Assembly: GCA_963842525.1 (NCBI GenBank)
Contig: CAWJGT010000009.1
Coordinates: 576,001 to 640,000, forward strand
Length of the DNA: 64,000 nt
Direction: 5' to 3'
DNA from: an uncultured Holophagales bacterium
GTDB lineage: Bacteria; Acidobacteriota; Thermoanaerobaculia; Multivoradales; UBA5704
Shown here: positions 8,951 to 20,450 of the stretch, in pieces
Numbering within the stretch: the stretch's first letter is position 1
Layout of the letters: every line of letters begins with the position of its first letter
Program-made: the position numbers and the translations under genes
The notes under the pieces: generated by a model
Seen by the model: the letters and a program-made list of their open reading frames with translations, nothing else
The model's database searches: none
Told to the model about the DNA's origin: nothing

Positions 8951-10063
8951 ATGATCCTCCCCGTCGAAGAGATCCTCGCCGCCCCGGCCGGCGCTCCGCC
9001 CCCGGGCCCCCCGGGTCGTACCCTCGGCCGGTCGCGCGAAGGCCGGGACATCGTTGGCTGGCGCTTCGGGCACGGGGACCTGCACGTCAGCCTGATCGGC
9101 GGCTGCCACGCCGACGAGCCGGTGGGGCCGGCCATGCTGCGGCGGCTCGTGGACTGGCTGGCGGACCGCCCGGCCGGCGATCCCCTTCTGGAGGCGGCCA
9201 CCTGGTCCATCGTCCCGCACGTCAATCCGGACGGCGAGGCGCGCAATGCCATCTGGAGCGAGACGACCCGGCCGGCGGCCGACCATCTCGGGGCTCCGGA
9301 CCGCGTCTACGACCTCGCCCCCTACCTGCGCCACGTCGTGCGGGAGAGGCCGGGCGACGACATGGAGTTCGGGTTTCCCCGCGGCGGGGACGACGCGGGA
9401 GCCCGGCCCGAGAACCGTGCCGTGGCGGCGTTCCTGGCCGAGGCGGCGCCGTTCCACCTCCACGCCAGCTTCCACAGCATCGGCTTCGCGACCGGCCCCT
9501 GGTTCCTGATCGAGCCGGCCTGGGTGGAGCGCACCGGGGGGCTGCGCGAGGCACTCCGCGCGCGTGTCCGGCAGATGGGCTACCAGCTCTTCGACGTCGA
9601 CCGCGGAGGAGAGAAGGGCTTCCGCCGCGTCGACGAAGGGTTCTCGACCCGCCCGGACGCGCTCTCGATGCGGGCGTGGTTCGAGGCGCGGGGAGATCCG
9701 GAGACGGCGGCCCTCTTCCGGCCGAGCTCGATGGACTACGTCCGCTCGCTGGGCGGCGACCCCTTCACGATGGTTTCCGAGATGCCGCTCTTCCTGCGCC
9801 CGTTGGAGGAAGGAGAGACGGGGCGCCCCGACGACCCGCGCTTCCGCGCCTGGCACCAGCGGATGGCCGCCTGCCGCACCCCCGAGGAGCTGCGGGCCGC
9901 CGCCGCGCGGGGCGGCGTGCGGGGCATGCCGCTGCGCGATCAGATGCGGCTGCAGCTCGCCTTCCTGGACGAGGGCTTGAAGATGGTGGGAGTTATGCCG
10001 TGGCGGCCCGCGGCTGCTCTTCCTCGCCGGGGGTGTCGAGGATCGAGCGGACGGTCTGGGTGA
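8951..10063 (+). CDS. M14 family zinc carboxypeptidase
   Basis: GCHADEP (HxxE), VNPDG, PENRA, SFH and SEMP motifs. Confidence 0.85.
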   Translation: MILPVEEILAAPAGAPPPGPPGRTLGRSREGRDIVGWRFGHGDLHVSLIGGCHADEPVGPAMLRRLVDWLADRPAGDPLLEAATWSIVPHVNPDGEARNAIWSETTRPAADHLGAPDRVYDLAPYLRHVVRERPGDDMEFGFPRGGDDAGARPENRAVAAFLAEAAPFHLHASFHSIGFATGPWFLIEPAWVERTGGLREALRARVRQMGYQLFDVDRGGEKGFRRVDEGFSTRPDALSMRAWFEARGDPETAALFRPSSMDYVRSLGGDPFTMVSEMPLFLRPLEEGETGRPDDPRFRAWHQRMAACRTPEELRAAAARGGVRGMPLRDQMRLQLAFLDEGLKMVGVMPWRPAAALPRRGCRGSSGRSG

Positions 10064-13000
10064 GCGTCTGCGGGGAGAACGGCTTCTGGAGGCAGGTCCA
10101 GGCGGCCTGGCCGGCCTGGAGCACCTCGTCGTTGTAGCCTGACATGTAGATCACCCGCGTCTGCGGCCGTTCGAGGAGGAGGCGGGTGGCGAGCTCCGAG
10201 CCCTTCATCCGCGGCATGGTGACGTCGGTCAGCAGAAGCTGGATGCCGCCGCGGTGCAGCCGGGAGATGGCCAGCGCCTCGTCGCCGGAGGCCGCCTGGA
10301 TCACCCGGTACCCCTTGCCGATCAGGATCTGGTGCAGCACCTTGCGGACGTCGTCCTCGTCCTCGACCAGCAGGATGGTCTCCGTGCCGGTGTCCGCGGT
10401 GGGGCCGGCGACCGCGATGCGCGGGGTCTCGGCGTCCCGCGACACCGGCAGGTAGAGTGAGAAGCAGGTCCCGTGGCCCGGCGTGCTGTCCACGAAAATG
10501 TGGCCGCTGCTCTGCTTGACGATGCCGTAGGCGGTGGCGAGCCCGAGGCCGGTCCCCTCGCCCTTGGTGCTGAAGAACGGCTCGAAGATGCGCGCCTGCG
10601 TCTCGGCGTCCATGCCGACGCCGGTGTCTTCGACCGTCAGCAGGACGTAGACACCGGGCGGGACGTTGGCGTGGCGCGCCGGGCTCTCGTCCGTCACCTC
10701 CACCGGTGCGGTCCGGATCGAGAGCCGGCCGCCGGACGGCATGGCGTGGCGGGCGTTCACCGCCAGGTTGACGATGACCTGCTCCATCTGCCCGGCGTCC
10801 ACCCGGACCTTGCCGGCCTCCGGGTGCAGGGCGGTCGCCAGGGAGATGTCCTCGCCGAGGAGCCGTTGCAGCATCTTCTCCAGGTTCGCGACGATCGGGT
10901 TGGGATCGAGCACCCGGGTCTCCATCGGCTGCCGGCGGGCGAAGGCGAGGAGCTGCTTGGTCAGGGCTGCCGCCCGCTGGCCCGCCTCCTTGATGCCGGT
11001 CACGTTGCGGCACAGGAAGGCGTCCTCGGCATAGCGGTCGAGCAGCAGGTCGCTGTAGCCGAAGATGGCCAGCAGGCAGTTGTTGAAGTCGTGGGCCACG
11101 CCCGCGGACAGGCGGCCGATCGCCTCCATCTTCTGGGAGAGGAGGAGCTGCCGCTGCAGCATCTTGTTTTCGGCTTCGTCCCGCTTGCGCTGGACGATGT
11201 CGCGGATCGCGATCACGGTGACGTCCTCGCCCTGGAAGACGTACTTCTTGCCCGCCATCTCGATGTCCACCGGCGTGCCGTCGCACATGTAGCCGATCCC
11301 CTCGCGCGGCACGTCGTCCAGGTCGGCCTCGCTGCCGGAGACGAGATCGGAGAGCCGGCGGCCGATCAGGCCGTCCGGCGTATGGCCGAAGATGCCGAGC
11401 AGAGCGTGGTTGACCTCCAGGATGACGCCGTTGCGCACGATGGCAATGCCTTCGAGGGTCGCCTCGAAGAGCGTCCGGAAGCGCTCCTCGCTGCGCCGGA
11501 TCTCCTCCTCGGCGGCCTTGCGCTGGGCGATCTCCTGCTGCGCGCGCTCGTAGAGGCGGATGTTCTCGACCATCGGCGCGATCTGATTGGCCACCGTCGA
11601 CAGGAGGTGGATGTCGCTGCGCGGAAAAAAGTCGTCCGGATCGCGGCGGCCGATGAGCCAGACGCCGACCGTCTTGGCCTGCACGGTGAGCGGGACGATC
11701 AGCCGTACCCAGCCGTAGCGGGACCCTGCCTCCTCGAGCGGGGGGATGTAGCGCCCGCCTTTCTCCAGGAGATGATGCAGCTCCCCGGCATCGGGCGGCG
11801 GCTCGCCCGCGGGCACGGCCTGCTCATAGAGGCTCTCGAGGCCTGCCTCGTCGATCAGGTACAACGCAGACTGGCGGATCATCAGGGCCGGCAGGATCTC
11901 GCCGGCGATCACGCGGGCCAGCACGGCGCGGTCGAACGCCGTCGGGATACGCTCCGAGACGAGGTCGATCACCTCCTCGGGACTGTGGCGGATGCCGAAG
12001 ACATGGCGGTCGACGAACGTCTGGAACCGGATGCGCAGGAAAGGCGCGGTCGAGACGAAGAGCAGGGAGGCCACGAGCATGGCGGCGAGGAGCTCGCCGT
12101 TGACGGGAGGCCACTGGCTGTTGATGACGAAGAGCGCCACCACATAGACGATGCTCGACAACGCCATGAAGCTGTACACCCCGAGCAGCCGGTTGGCGCG
12201 AAACTCCAGGGCGCCGAGGTGGTGCTTGTAGATGGCGTAGATATAGCTCATCGGCAGGGTGAGCAGGCAGACGACTCCGATGAAAGTGAACCAGGGATAG
12301 AGGAGGCGGATGTCGGAGATCAGGGTGCTGATCTGGTGGTAATACTGGGACACCAGGCCATAGAAGAGGCTGAAGGGCCCCAGGCCCAGGATCAGCCCGT
12401 ACAGCATGATCCGGTTGGCCACCTTGACGGCGGGTGCGAGGGGCATGAACAGCCGCGCCGCGAAGAGGGCGAGCGGCACGGCGATGCCGAGGAGGACGTT
12501 CCAGACGTACAGATGGCGGAGGAAGTCGAGCTCATAGAAGAAGAACGTGTCGAGCAGGCTCTGGACGAAAGCGATCGCATAGAGCGAGCCCAGCACGACC
12601 CAGCGCCGCCTGACGCTGAGCAGCGAGCTCGGGAGGATCAGGTGGAGATGGATGGACAGCGGCAGGAACCACCAGACCACCGCATGGAAGACGATGCTTG
12701 ATCCGCCGGCATGATAGGCGGCGATCTGGCCGGCCCCGAACCAGATGGCGGACACATAGCTGAAGACCACCAGGATGAGCCAGCGCTGGTCGCGTGGCCG
12801 CAGGAACAGGACGGCGATCGTGCCCATCAGCCAGAGGACCAGCGGCAGGAAGACGACGGGGGTGATGTCGGTGCCGAACTTGGCGAGGTTGTTGGCCCGG
12901 GGCAGGCGCACGCGAGCGCGAAAGCTCATGAGCTTGCCGTCGCGGATGAGCTCGACCGGGATCTTCCCGTCCTTGTCGATGCCCGAAAACGGTGTGAGCA

Positions 13001-13256
13001 GGCGGTCGCGCAGGTAGTCCTCGTACCGGATGCCGCCGATGGAGAGCAGGCGGTCTCCCACGAAGAGGCATCCTTCGCTCCCTGGCGGGCAGGGGACGGC
13101 CGCGAACACCTCCCAGCGGCCGGGAGACAAAGTGATGTCGATCGCGTTGGCCGCGCCGATGTAGGGGTAGTAGAGGCAGGGGAGGAGGACCACCAGCGAC
13201 ACGGCGACCCAGAAGAAATCGGTCTTGCTCCAGGAGAAGATCTGGCGGGTCTTCAT
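9993..13256 (-). CDS. hybrid sensor histidine kinase, PDZ-like/multi-TM/GAF/PAS/HisKA/HATPase/REC (ComP-like input region)
   Basis: VGDRLLSIGG PDZ-like segment, about 8 TM helices, HDFNN H-box, NLAVNA N-box, DTGVG and GTGLGL G-boxes, C-terminal receiver. Confidence 0.92.
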   Translation of the reverse strand: MKTRQIFSWSKTDFFWVAVSLVVLLPCLYYPYIGAANAIDITLSPGRWEVFAAVPCPPGSEGCLFVGDRLLSIGGIRYEDYLRDRLLTPFSGIDKDGKIPVELIRDGKLMSFRARVRLPRANNLAKFGTDITPVVFLPLVLWLMGTIAVLFLRPRDQRWLILVVFSYVSAIWFGAGQIAAYHAGGSSIVFHAVVWWFLPLSIHLHLILPSSLLSVRRRWVVLGSLYAIAFVQSLLDTFFFYELDFLRHLYVWNVLLGIAVPLALFAARLFMPLAPAVKVANRIMLYGLILGLGPFSLFYGLVSQYYHQISTLISDIRLLYPWFTFIGVVCLLTLPMSYIYAIYKHHLGALEFRANRLLGVYSFMALSSIVYVVALFVINSQWPPVNGELLAAMLVASLLFVSTAPFLRIRFQTFVDRHVFGIRHSPEEVIDLVSERIPTAFDRAVLARVIAGEILPALMIRQSALYLIDEAGLESLYEQAVPAGEPPPDAGELHHLLEKGGRYIPPLEEAGSRYGWVRLIVPLTVQAKTVGVWLIGRRDPDDFFPRSDIHLLSTVANQIAPMVENIRLYERAQQEIAQRKAAEEEIRRSEERFRTLFEATLEGIAIVRNGVILEVNHALLGIFGHTPDGLIGRRLSDLVSGSEADLDDVPREGIGYMCDGTPVDIEMAGKKYVFQGEDVTVIAIRDIVQRKRDEAENKMLQRQLLLSQKMEAIGRLSAGVAHDFNNCLLAIFGYSDLLLDRYAEDAFLCRNVTGIKEAGQRAAALTKQLLAFARRQPMETRVLDPNPIVANLEKMLQRLLGEDISLATALHPEAGKVRVDAGQMEQVIVNLAVNARHAMPSGGRLSIRTAPVEVTDESPARHANVPPGVYVLLTVEDTGVGMDAETQARIFEPFFSTKGEGTGLGLATAYGIVKQSSGHIFVDSTPGHGTCFSLYLPVSRDAETPRIAVAGPTADTGTETILLVEDEDDVRKVLHQILIGKGYRVIQAASGDEALAISRLHRGGIQLLLTDVTMPRMKGSELATRLLLERPQTRVIYMSGYNDEVLQAGQAAWTCLQKPFSPQTLTQTVRSILDTPGEEEQPRAATA

Positions 13257-13413
13257 GGCTCGCTCGGCACAGCCGTGCCCCCGAGGGGCTTCGTCCCGGC
13301 CGTTCGTGGTCTTGGATCAGCGGTGGGATTGTACACCGGCGGAGGGAGGAACGGACCGCCCGCGAGGCTCGCGGGCTGGAACCGGCGGGCGCGTCCGTCC
13401 TCGATCGCCGTTC

Positions 13414-13617
13414 TTACGCCGGGCTGGGCTGGCGCTGCGCGTCGACTGGGCACCCCTCCCAAGGGATCCAGGCGCCGAAGGCTGGTTCCTCCTCTTCCTC
13501 TTCCGGGTTGGCCAGGCATTTCGGATCCGGGAGCAGGCTCAGCCTGCGCAGCGCGCTGAACAGGGCGTTGCTTTCATTCTGCGACACGAGCTTCGAATAG
13601 AAATCATGGATGGACAT
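13414..13617 (-). CDS. ComX-like Trp-containing precursor peptide B
   Basis: 67 aa, paralogue of 14973..15158, core GAWIPWEG, GGGAGA SD. Confidence 0.8.
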   Translation of the reverse strand: MSIHDFYSKLVSQNESNALFSALRRLSLLPDPKCLANPEEEEEEPAFGAWIPWEGCPVDAQRQPSPA

Positions 13618-13896
13618 GGTTGCGTCTCCCGCGGGGAGTAGAGCATTGTTTCATCAACGGTTCCGACGGCTTCTGACGCTGCGCGAGAGGTGGGGCTTGG
13701 AGGGCTGCGCACCCGGTCGGTGCCTACAGCCTCCACGAAGATGTTCCTTGCTCGCAACCGGGCGGCGGGCGGAGGGTCCACGCGGAGTGCGATGGCCGCC
13801 GACATGATTTGGACCTCTCTTACGAGGCCGCCTCCAGGCGTGCCGCCGAAGCCGGCCGCTCTGCTCTGAAGCCAGTATAGCGCCCTTCGTTGCGGC

Positions 13897-14859
13897 TCAT
13901 GCGCGGACCTCCGAGAGGGTCGCCGGATCCTCGACGCCCACCAGCTCGAAGAGCCGGTGGAGCGGCCGCAGGTGGGAGCCGAGGAGCTCGTCGAGAGGCG
14001 CCGGATCGCGCAGCGCCAGCCGGGCCAGCCGGTCGCGGGACTCCTGCGAGATCTCGATCATCTTGAAGGCGCAGTAGCTCACGGCGCCGCTGCGCAGCAG
14101 GATCTTCTGCGCCTCTTCCAGGGCCTCGGGGTCCTGGTGGCGCGCGGCCAGATCGACGAACGCCTCGCGGTCCGGATGCTGGGCCGTCATGGCGAAGAGG
14201 ATCGGCAGGTTGTTCGAGCGGCGGTGCCAGTCGGTCCGCGGTGGCACCTGCAAAGCGTCCGAAAGGTCGTCGCTGACCTGGATGAACCGGCCCAGGACGT
14301 TGCCCCACTGGCCGATTTCGTCCGCCAGCTCGTCGGTGGCGCCGCCGAGCAGGGCTCCAAGGCGGAACGCCGCGCCGAACAGCGGCGGGGTCTTGGCCTC
14401 GACCACCCGCCAGTAGTCCTCCTCGCCGCGCAGATCGTGCAGGTCGAGGCTCTGGCCGAAGGCGGTCGCCAGGCCCATCTGGGCGAAGGTCGCCTGCAAG
14501 AGGCAACGGGTGCGGGCGTCCACGCCGGCGGCGTCCAGCAGGCGGTGCCCGGCAGCCTGGAAGGCGAGCGCCAGGTTCGCCGCCGGGCCGACGCCGAGGC
14601 GGATGTGGTCGCCCCGGGGATCCTCGTCCAGGATGTCGTCGACGAGATGGATGCTGAGCAGAGAGCAGAAGACTGCGGCGGCTCCCGGCAACGCGGCCTC
14701 GGGTGTCCCGCCGACGGCCCGGCAGGCGGCCACAGGGTAGTCCCAGACGGACACGCCACCCTCGCGGTGGCCCACGCGCTCGATCAGCTCCAGCATCTCC
14801 GGCCAGGCGGCGACCTCGGGGATCGTCCGGACCTGCGCCTTCATCTCCTCGAAGCTCAT
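13897..14859 (-). CDS. ComQ-like isoprenyl transferase (trans-IPPS fold)
   Basis: DDILDED first motif lacking the downstream RR, GQSLD, KT, QVSDDLSD, RRSNNLPIL and C-terminal SGAVSY. Confidence 0.85.
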   Translation of the reverse strand: MSFEEMKAQVRTIPEVAAWPEMLELIERVGHREGGVSVWDYPVAACRAVGGTPEAALPGAAAVFCSLLSIHLVDDILDEDPRGDHIRLGVGPAANLALAFQAAGHRLLDAAGVDARTRCLLQATFAQMGLATAFGQSLDLHDLRGEEDYWRVVEAKTPPLFGAAFRLGALLGGATDELADEIGQWGNVLGRFIQVSDDLSDALQVPPRTDWHRRSNNLPILFAMTAQHPDREAFVDLAARHQDPEALEEAQKILLRSGAVSYCAFKMIEISQESRDRLARLALRDPAPLDELLGSHLRPLHRLFELVGVEDPATLSEVRA

Positions 14860-14972
14860 TCCTTGACTCCTTTGTCGTGCTCGTCTTGGAGAAGCGCCCG
14901 CGGGCTCGTTGCGCTGGACCCGCGGACGCTGCTTCCGGCCTGATTACGTTCCCGTGTGCCGGGATGGACGGA

Positions 14973-15158
14973 TCAGGCCGTCACCTCAGACACTCCGGGC
15001 GGGTTCGACGGGTCGCCCCAGGGGATCCACTCCCCGAGAGGCTCCTCGCTGAACATGCTCTTCGGGTCGTCCAGCAGGCTCAGCTTGCGCAGCGTTCCCA
15101 GCAGCGCGTTCTCCTCGTTCATGGAAACAAGCCTCGAATAGAAGTCATGAATGGACAT
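14973..15158 (-). CDS. ComX-like Trp-containing precursor peptide A
   Basis: 61 aa, leader MSIHDFYSxLVSxNExNAL shared with peptide B, core GEWIPWGD, GGGAGA SD. Confidence 0.8.
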   Translation of the reverse strand: MSIHDFYSRLVSMNEENALLGTLRKLSLLDDPKSMFSEEPLGEWIPWGDPSNPPGVSEVTA

Positions 15159-15452
15159 GGGCGTAGCTCTCCCGATGTGCAGAGGGGATTTCCCCTGCGG
15201 TTCAACGTTAAAAAAGAAAACAGGTGACGACTTCGTACGTCCGGAACTGCAGCGGGTTACTTCTAGGGTATGGGTGGGAGCACGATTTGAAACCCTCCAA
15301 AAGAAAGAAAAAGATTGACGAAGACTGCAACGTGCGCGCTCGTCGATCTCTACAGTGCTCAGTCCGTGGTCAACCGTGACACGGTCGAGGCCAAGATCTT
15401 TTTTCCCCGCGACTGGAGGGCTGGTGGGACGCGGGAAGGGCGCGAACGCCTG

Positions 15453-16683
15453 TCAGGTCGGGGACGGGAGGACGCCGAGCCGCTCGGAGGTCTCGAGCCG
15501 GATCGGGTGGGCGAGGCCGCCGCGCAGCGCCTGGACGAGCTCGCGGCCGGGCAGCGGCTTGAGGAAGTAATAGCCCTGCGCGTAGTCGATGCCGAGGAGC
15601 CGCAGCACCTCGGCGTCCTCGGCAGTTTCCACTGCCTCCATGATCGTCGCGGTGCCCGCGCGCGCCGCCATCTCGGCGGTGCTCTGCACGATGATCTGTT
15701 TGAACGGGTCGCGGGCGAGGTTGCGGCAGAAGGTCCCGGAGATCTTGAGGAAATCCGGGCGGAGGTCCTGGAACAGGTTGAGGTTCGAGGAGCCCTCGCC
15801 GAAGTCGTCGAGCGCGATCCGGAAGCCGATCTCGCGCAGCCTGCCGAGGGTGGCCGCGAAAGCGCGCGGATTGACGATCGTCTGCTGCTCGGTCAGCTCG
15901 AGGACGATGCTTCGCTCGGCCATCCCCGAAGCCCGGACCGCCTCGCACAGCCGCGTCGTGAGCTCCGGATTGGTCAGCGAGCGCGGCTGGACGTTCAGGA
16001 ACGTGGTCACCGGGATGTCGAGCTGGCGCACCTCGGCCAGGGCCGCCCGGATGCAGATCATGTCCGCTTCGAACAGCAGCTCCTTGCGGGCCGCGTAGGC
16101 GAGCAGGAACGACGGGTTCCCCAGCACCGAGGTGTTGGGGCCGCGCGCCAGCCCCTCGACGCCGAAGACCTCGAACGACTCGCGGCGGTCGCGCAGCTTG
16201 ACGACCGGCTGCAGCACCGAGCGGATCGTGTTGGCCGCCAGGAAGTCTTCGAGGAGCTCGACCTGCTCGACCTCGGAGCCTCTCCTCGCGCTCGCTGTTC
16301 GTGCTCGCGATGGCGGCGCGGCGCTCCAGCAGCAGGCTGCGGAGCTGGCCGAGACCGTCCGGCTTCTCCAGGACCGCGCTCACGCCCAGCACGGAGCAGA
16401 GCGAGCGCACGCTCTCGTCGATATAGCCGGAGAGGACGTAGACCGTCGTATCCGGGAAGTGGGTGGTGACGAAGCGGATCAGCCGCATCCCCTCCAGCCC
16501 GCCCAGGCGGGACACGGAGAGGTCGGTGACGACCACGTCGAAGCGGAACGAGCTGAGCAGCGCCTCGGCCGCCTCGATCTCCAGACAGGTCGTCAGGTGC
16601 ACGCCGGGCATGCGCAGCCATACCGCGAGCGTGTCGACCACCATCGACTCATCGTCGAGCACTAAGACACGGAGCACGCGCAC
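15453..16683 (-). CDS. response regulator receiver plus EAL domain protein; frameshift near 16285
   Basis: REC (LDDE, VVTDL, EKP) then QPVV-EGLAR, LELTE, DDFGEG, EAVE, QGYY EAL motifs in the next frame. Confidence 0.85.
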
Positions 16684-16759
16684 GAGTATAGACCTATCGG
16701 GAGATTTCTGCGACCCATGAAATTTGCATGGGAAGCCCCCATCCTCTGTTCCCCTCTTT

Positions 16760-18976
16760 CTATGATTCCCGCGGCGGGGCCGCCAGCCGTTCGGCGAGGC
16801 GGGTGTGGCGGGCGCGGACGCGGCGGTTGCCCACGGCGATGCGCAGCGCCCGCTCCTCGCCCACCAGCACGACGAGGCGCTTCGCCCGGGTGAGGGCGGT
16901 ATAGAGGAGATTCTTCTGCAGCATCAGGTAGTGGGTGGTGTGGAGGGGCACCACCACGCACGGGTACTCGCTCCCCTGCGACTTGTGGATCGTGCAGGCA
17001 TAGGCCAGCACCAGCTCGTCGAGCGAGCTGAAGTCGTAGACGACCTCGCGGCCGTCGATCACGATGCGCACGGTCTGGTCGACCTCGTCGATGCCCGCCA
17101 CGCGGCCGATGTCGCCGTTGAACACCTCCAGGTCGTAGTTGTTGCGAACCTGCATCACCTTGTCCCCCACCCGCAGGCTCTGGCCGCCGCGGGTCACGGT
17201 GACCCCCTCTGGGTTGAGCAGGTCGCGCAGCTTCGCGTTCAGCGTGTCGGTCCCCAGCGGGCCGCGGTTGCGTGGCGTCAACACCTGGATCTGCTCGACC
17301 GGATCGAGCCCGAAGCGCGCCGGGATGCGCTGGGTCACGACCTGGGCGACCGTCTCCAGGACCTCCGCGGGATCGCGCCGCTCGATGAAGAAGAAGTCGC
17401 CGTCGCTGTCCACCGATTCGAGCACGGGCATCTGGCCCTGGTTCACCCGGTGGGCGTTGACCACGATCAGGCTCCGCTCGGCTTGCCGGAAGATCTCGGT
17501 CAGGCGCACCACCTCCACGGCGTCCGAGCGGATCAGGTCGGCGAGCACCCGGCCGGGCCCCACGGAGGGGAGCTGGTCGACGTCCCCCACGAGGATCACC
17601 CGCGCCGCGTCAGGCACCGCGCGCAGGAGGTGCCAGGCGAGCAGGGTATCGAGCATCGAGGCCTCGTCGACGATCAGCAGGTCGCCGGCCAGCGGGTGCT
17701 GCCGGTTGCGGTCGAAGGCGCGGGTCTTGGGGTTGAATTCGAGGAGCCGGTGGAGGGTGCTCGCCTCGCCGCCGGTGGCCTCGGCCAGGCGCTTGGCCGC
17801 CCTGCCGGTCGGAGCGGCGAGCAGCACTTTCTGCCGCTTCTTCTCCAGGATGCGCACGATGCCGCGCACCAGCGTCGTCTTGCCCGTGCCGGGGCCGCCG
17901 GTGATGACCAGCAGCTTGCGGGTGAGCCCCGCCCGGATCGCCTGCCGCTGTTGCGGCGCGAGCGCCAGGTGCTCGTTTTTCTCGAACCATTCGAGGGCGC
18001 GGTCGAGGTCGATCTCGAAGGGGAGGAGCGGCTGGACCAGCAGATCGTGGAGGCGGGCCGCGATGCCCGTCTCGGCCAGATGGAGCAGCTTGAGGTAGAC
18101 GGCGTCCTCGGCACGGTCTTCGGCCGCCGCGGCGAGCGGCTCGACCACCACCTGGCCCGTCTCGGCGAGGGCGGCGACGGCCGGCTCGATGCGCCAGGGC
18201 TCGACCCCGAGCAGCCCCTGGGCCTCCTCGACCAGCTCGCGCCGCGGCAGGAAGAGGTGCCCGCGGTCGCCGGCCTGGGAGAGCAGGTGGAGAACGCCGG
18301 CCTCGATCCGCTGCGGTGCATCGCGTGGAATGCCGAGCTCGGCGGCGATCTTGTCGGCGGTCTTGAACCCGATGCCGAAGATATCGGTAGCCAGGCGGTA
18401 CGGGTTCTCCTTCACCACCTGGTTGGCTTGGCCGCCGTAGGTCTTGTAGATCCGGATCGCCCAATGGGTCGAGACGCCATGGGACTGCAGGAAGACCATG
18501 ACGTCCTTGACCTCGCGCTGCTCGACCCAGGCCTCGCGGATGGCGGCGGTCCGGTGGCGCCCGATGCCTTCGACCTCCTTCAGGCGCTCGGGCCGGTTCT
18601 CGATCACGTCGAGCGTCTCCAGGCCGAAGGTCCGGACCAGCCGCGAGGCCATCACCTTGCCGATGCCGCGGATCAGCCCGGAGCCCAGGTACTTCTCGAT
18701 CCCCGCCACGGTCGCCGGCACCACCGTGGTGTAGGAGCTCACGCGGAACTGGCGGCCGTACTTCGGGTCCTGGACCCAGCTCCCGGACAGGCGCAGGTGC
18801 TCCCCGGGCTGGACCGCGAGGAGGTTGCCGACCGCTGTCACCGGGTCGGACCGCCCGGGGACCGCAATGCGCACCACGCTCCAGGCGTTCTCCTCGTTGC
18901 TGAAGACGACCCGCTCCAGCACCCCTTCCAGGGTCGTTTGCTGGTCGCGGGCAGGGGATTCCAGGGGGAGGCTCAT
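16760..18976 (-). CDS. recD2: ATP-dependent RecD2-like DNA helicase
   Basis: HhH N-terminal region, GGPGTGKT, DEASM, HKSQGSE motifs. Confidence 0.93.
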   Translation of the reverse strand: MSLPLESPARDQQTTLEGVLERVVFSNEENAWSVVRIAVPGRSDPVTAVGNLLAVQPGEHLRLSGSWVQDPKYGRQFRVSSYTTVVPATVAGIEKYLGSGLIRGIGKVMASRLVRTFGLETLDVIENRPERLKEVEGIGRHRTAAIREAWVEQREVKDVMVFLQSHGVSTHWAIRIYKTYGGQANQVVKENPYRLATDIFGIGFKTADKIAAELGIPRDAPQRIEAGVLHLLSQAGDRGHLFLPRRELVEEAQGLLGVEPWRIEPAVAALAETGQVVVEPLAAAAEDRAEDAVYLKLLHLAETGIAARLHDLLVQPLLPFEIDLDRALEWFEKNEHLALAPQQRQAIRAGLTRKLLVITGGPGTGKTTLVRGIVRILEKKRQKVLLAAPTGRAAKRLAEATGGEASTLHRLLEFNPKTRAFDRNRQHPLAGDLLIVDEASMLDTLLAWHLLRAVPDAARVILVGDVDQLPSVGPGRVLADLIRSDAVEVVRLTEIFRQAERSLIVVNAHRVNQGQMPVLESVDSDGDFFFIERRDPAEVLETVAQVVTQRIPARFGLDPVEQIQVLTPRNRGPLGTDTLNAKLRDLLNPEGVTVTRGGQSLRVGDKVMQVRNNYDLEVFNGDIGRVAGIDEVDQTVRIVIDGREVVYDFSSLDELVLAYACTIHKSQGSEYPCVVVPLHTTHYLMLQKNLLYTALTRAKRLVVLVGEERALRIAVGNRRVRARHTRLAERLAAPPRES

Positions 18977-19046
18977 GGCGGCTCGAGAGGCAGTGTACGA
19001 CAGGCGACGTTTCGCCTCGCGCTCGACTGTGCCAAAATGACTGCGC

Positions 19047-20445
<1,399 letters not shown>

Positions 20446-20450
20446 GAGGG

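Noticed and set aside
13897-14859. Ordinary FPP/GGPP synthase (ispA/crtE)
   Set aside because: Missing GKRxR and post-FARM RR residues for IPP binding; context is peptides and a kinase rather than isoprenoid genes
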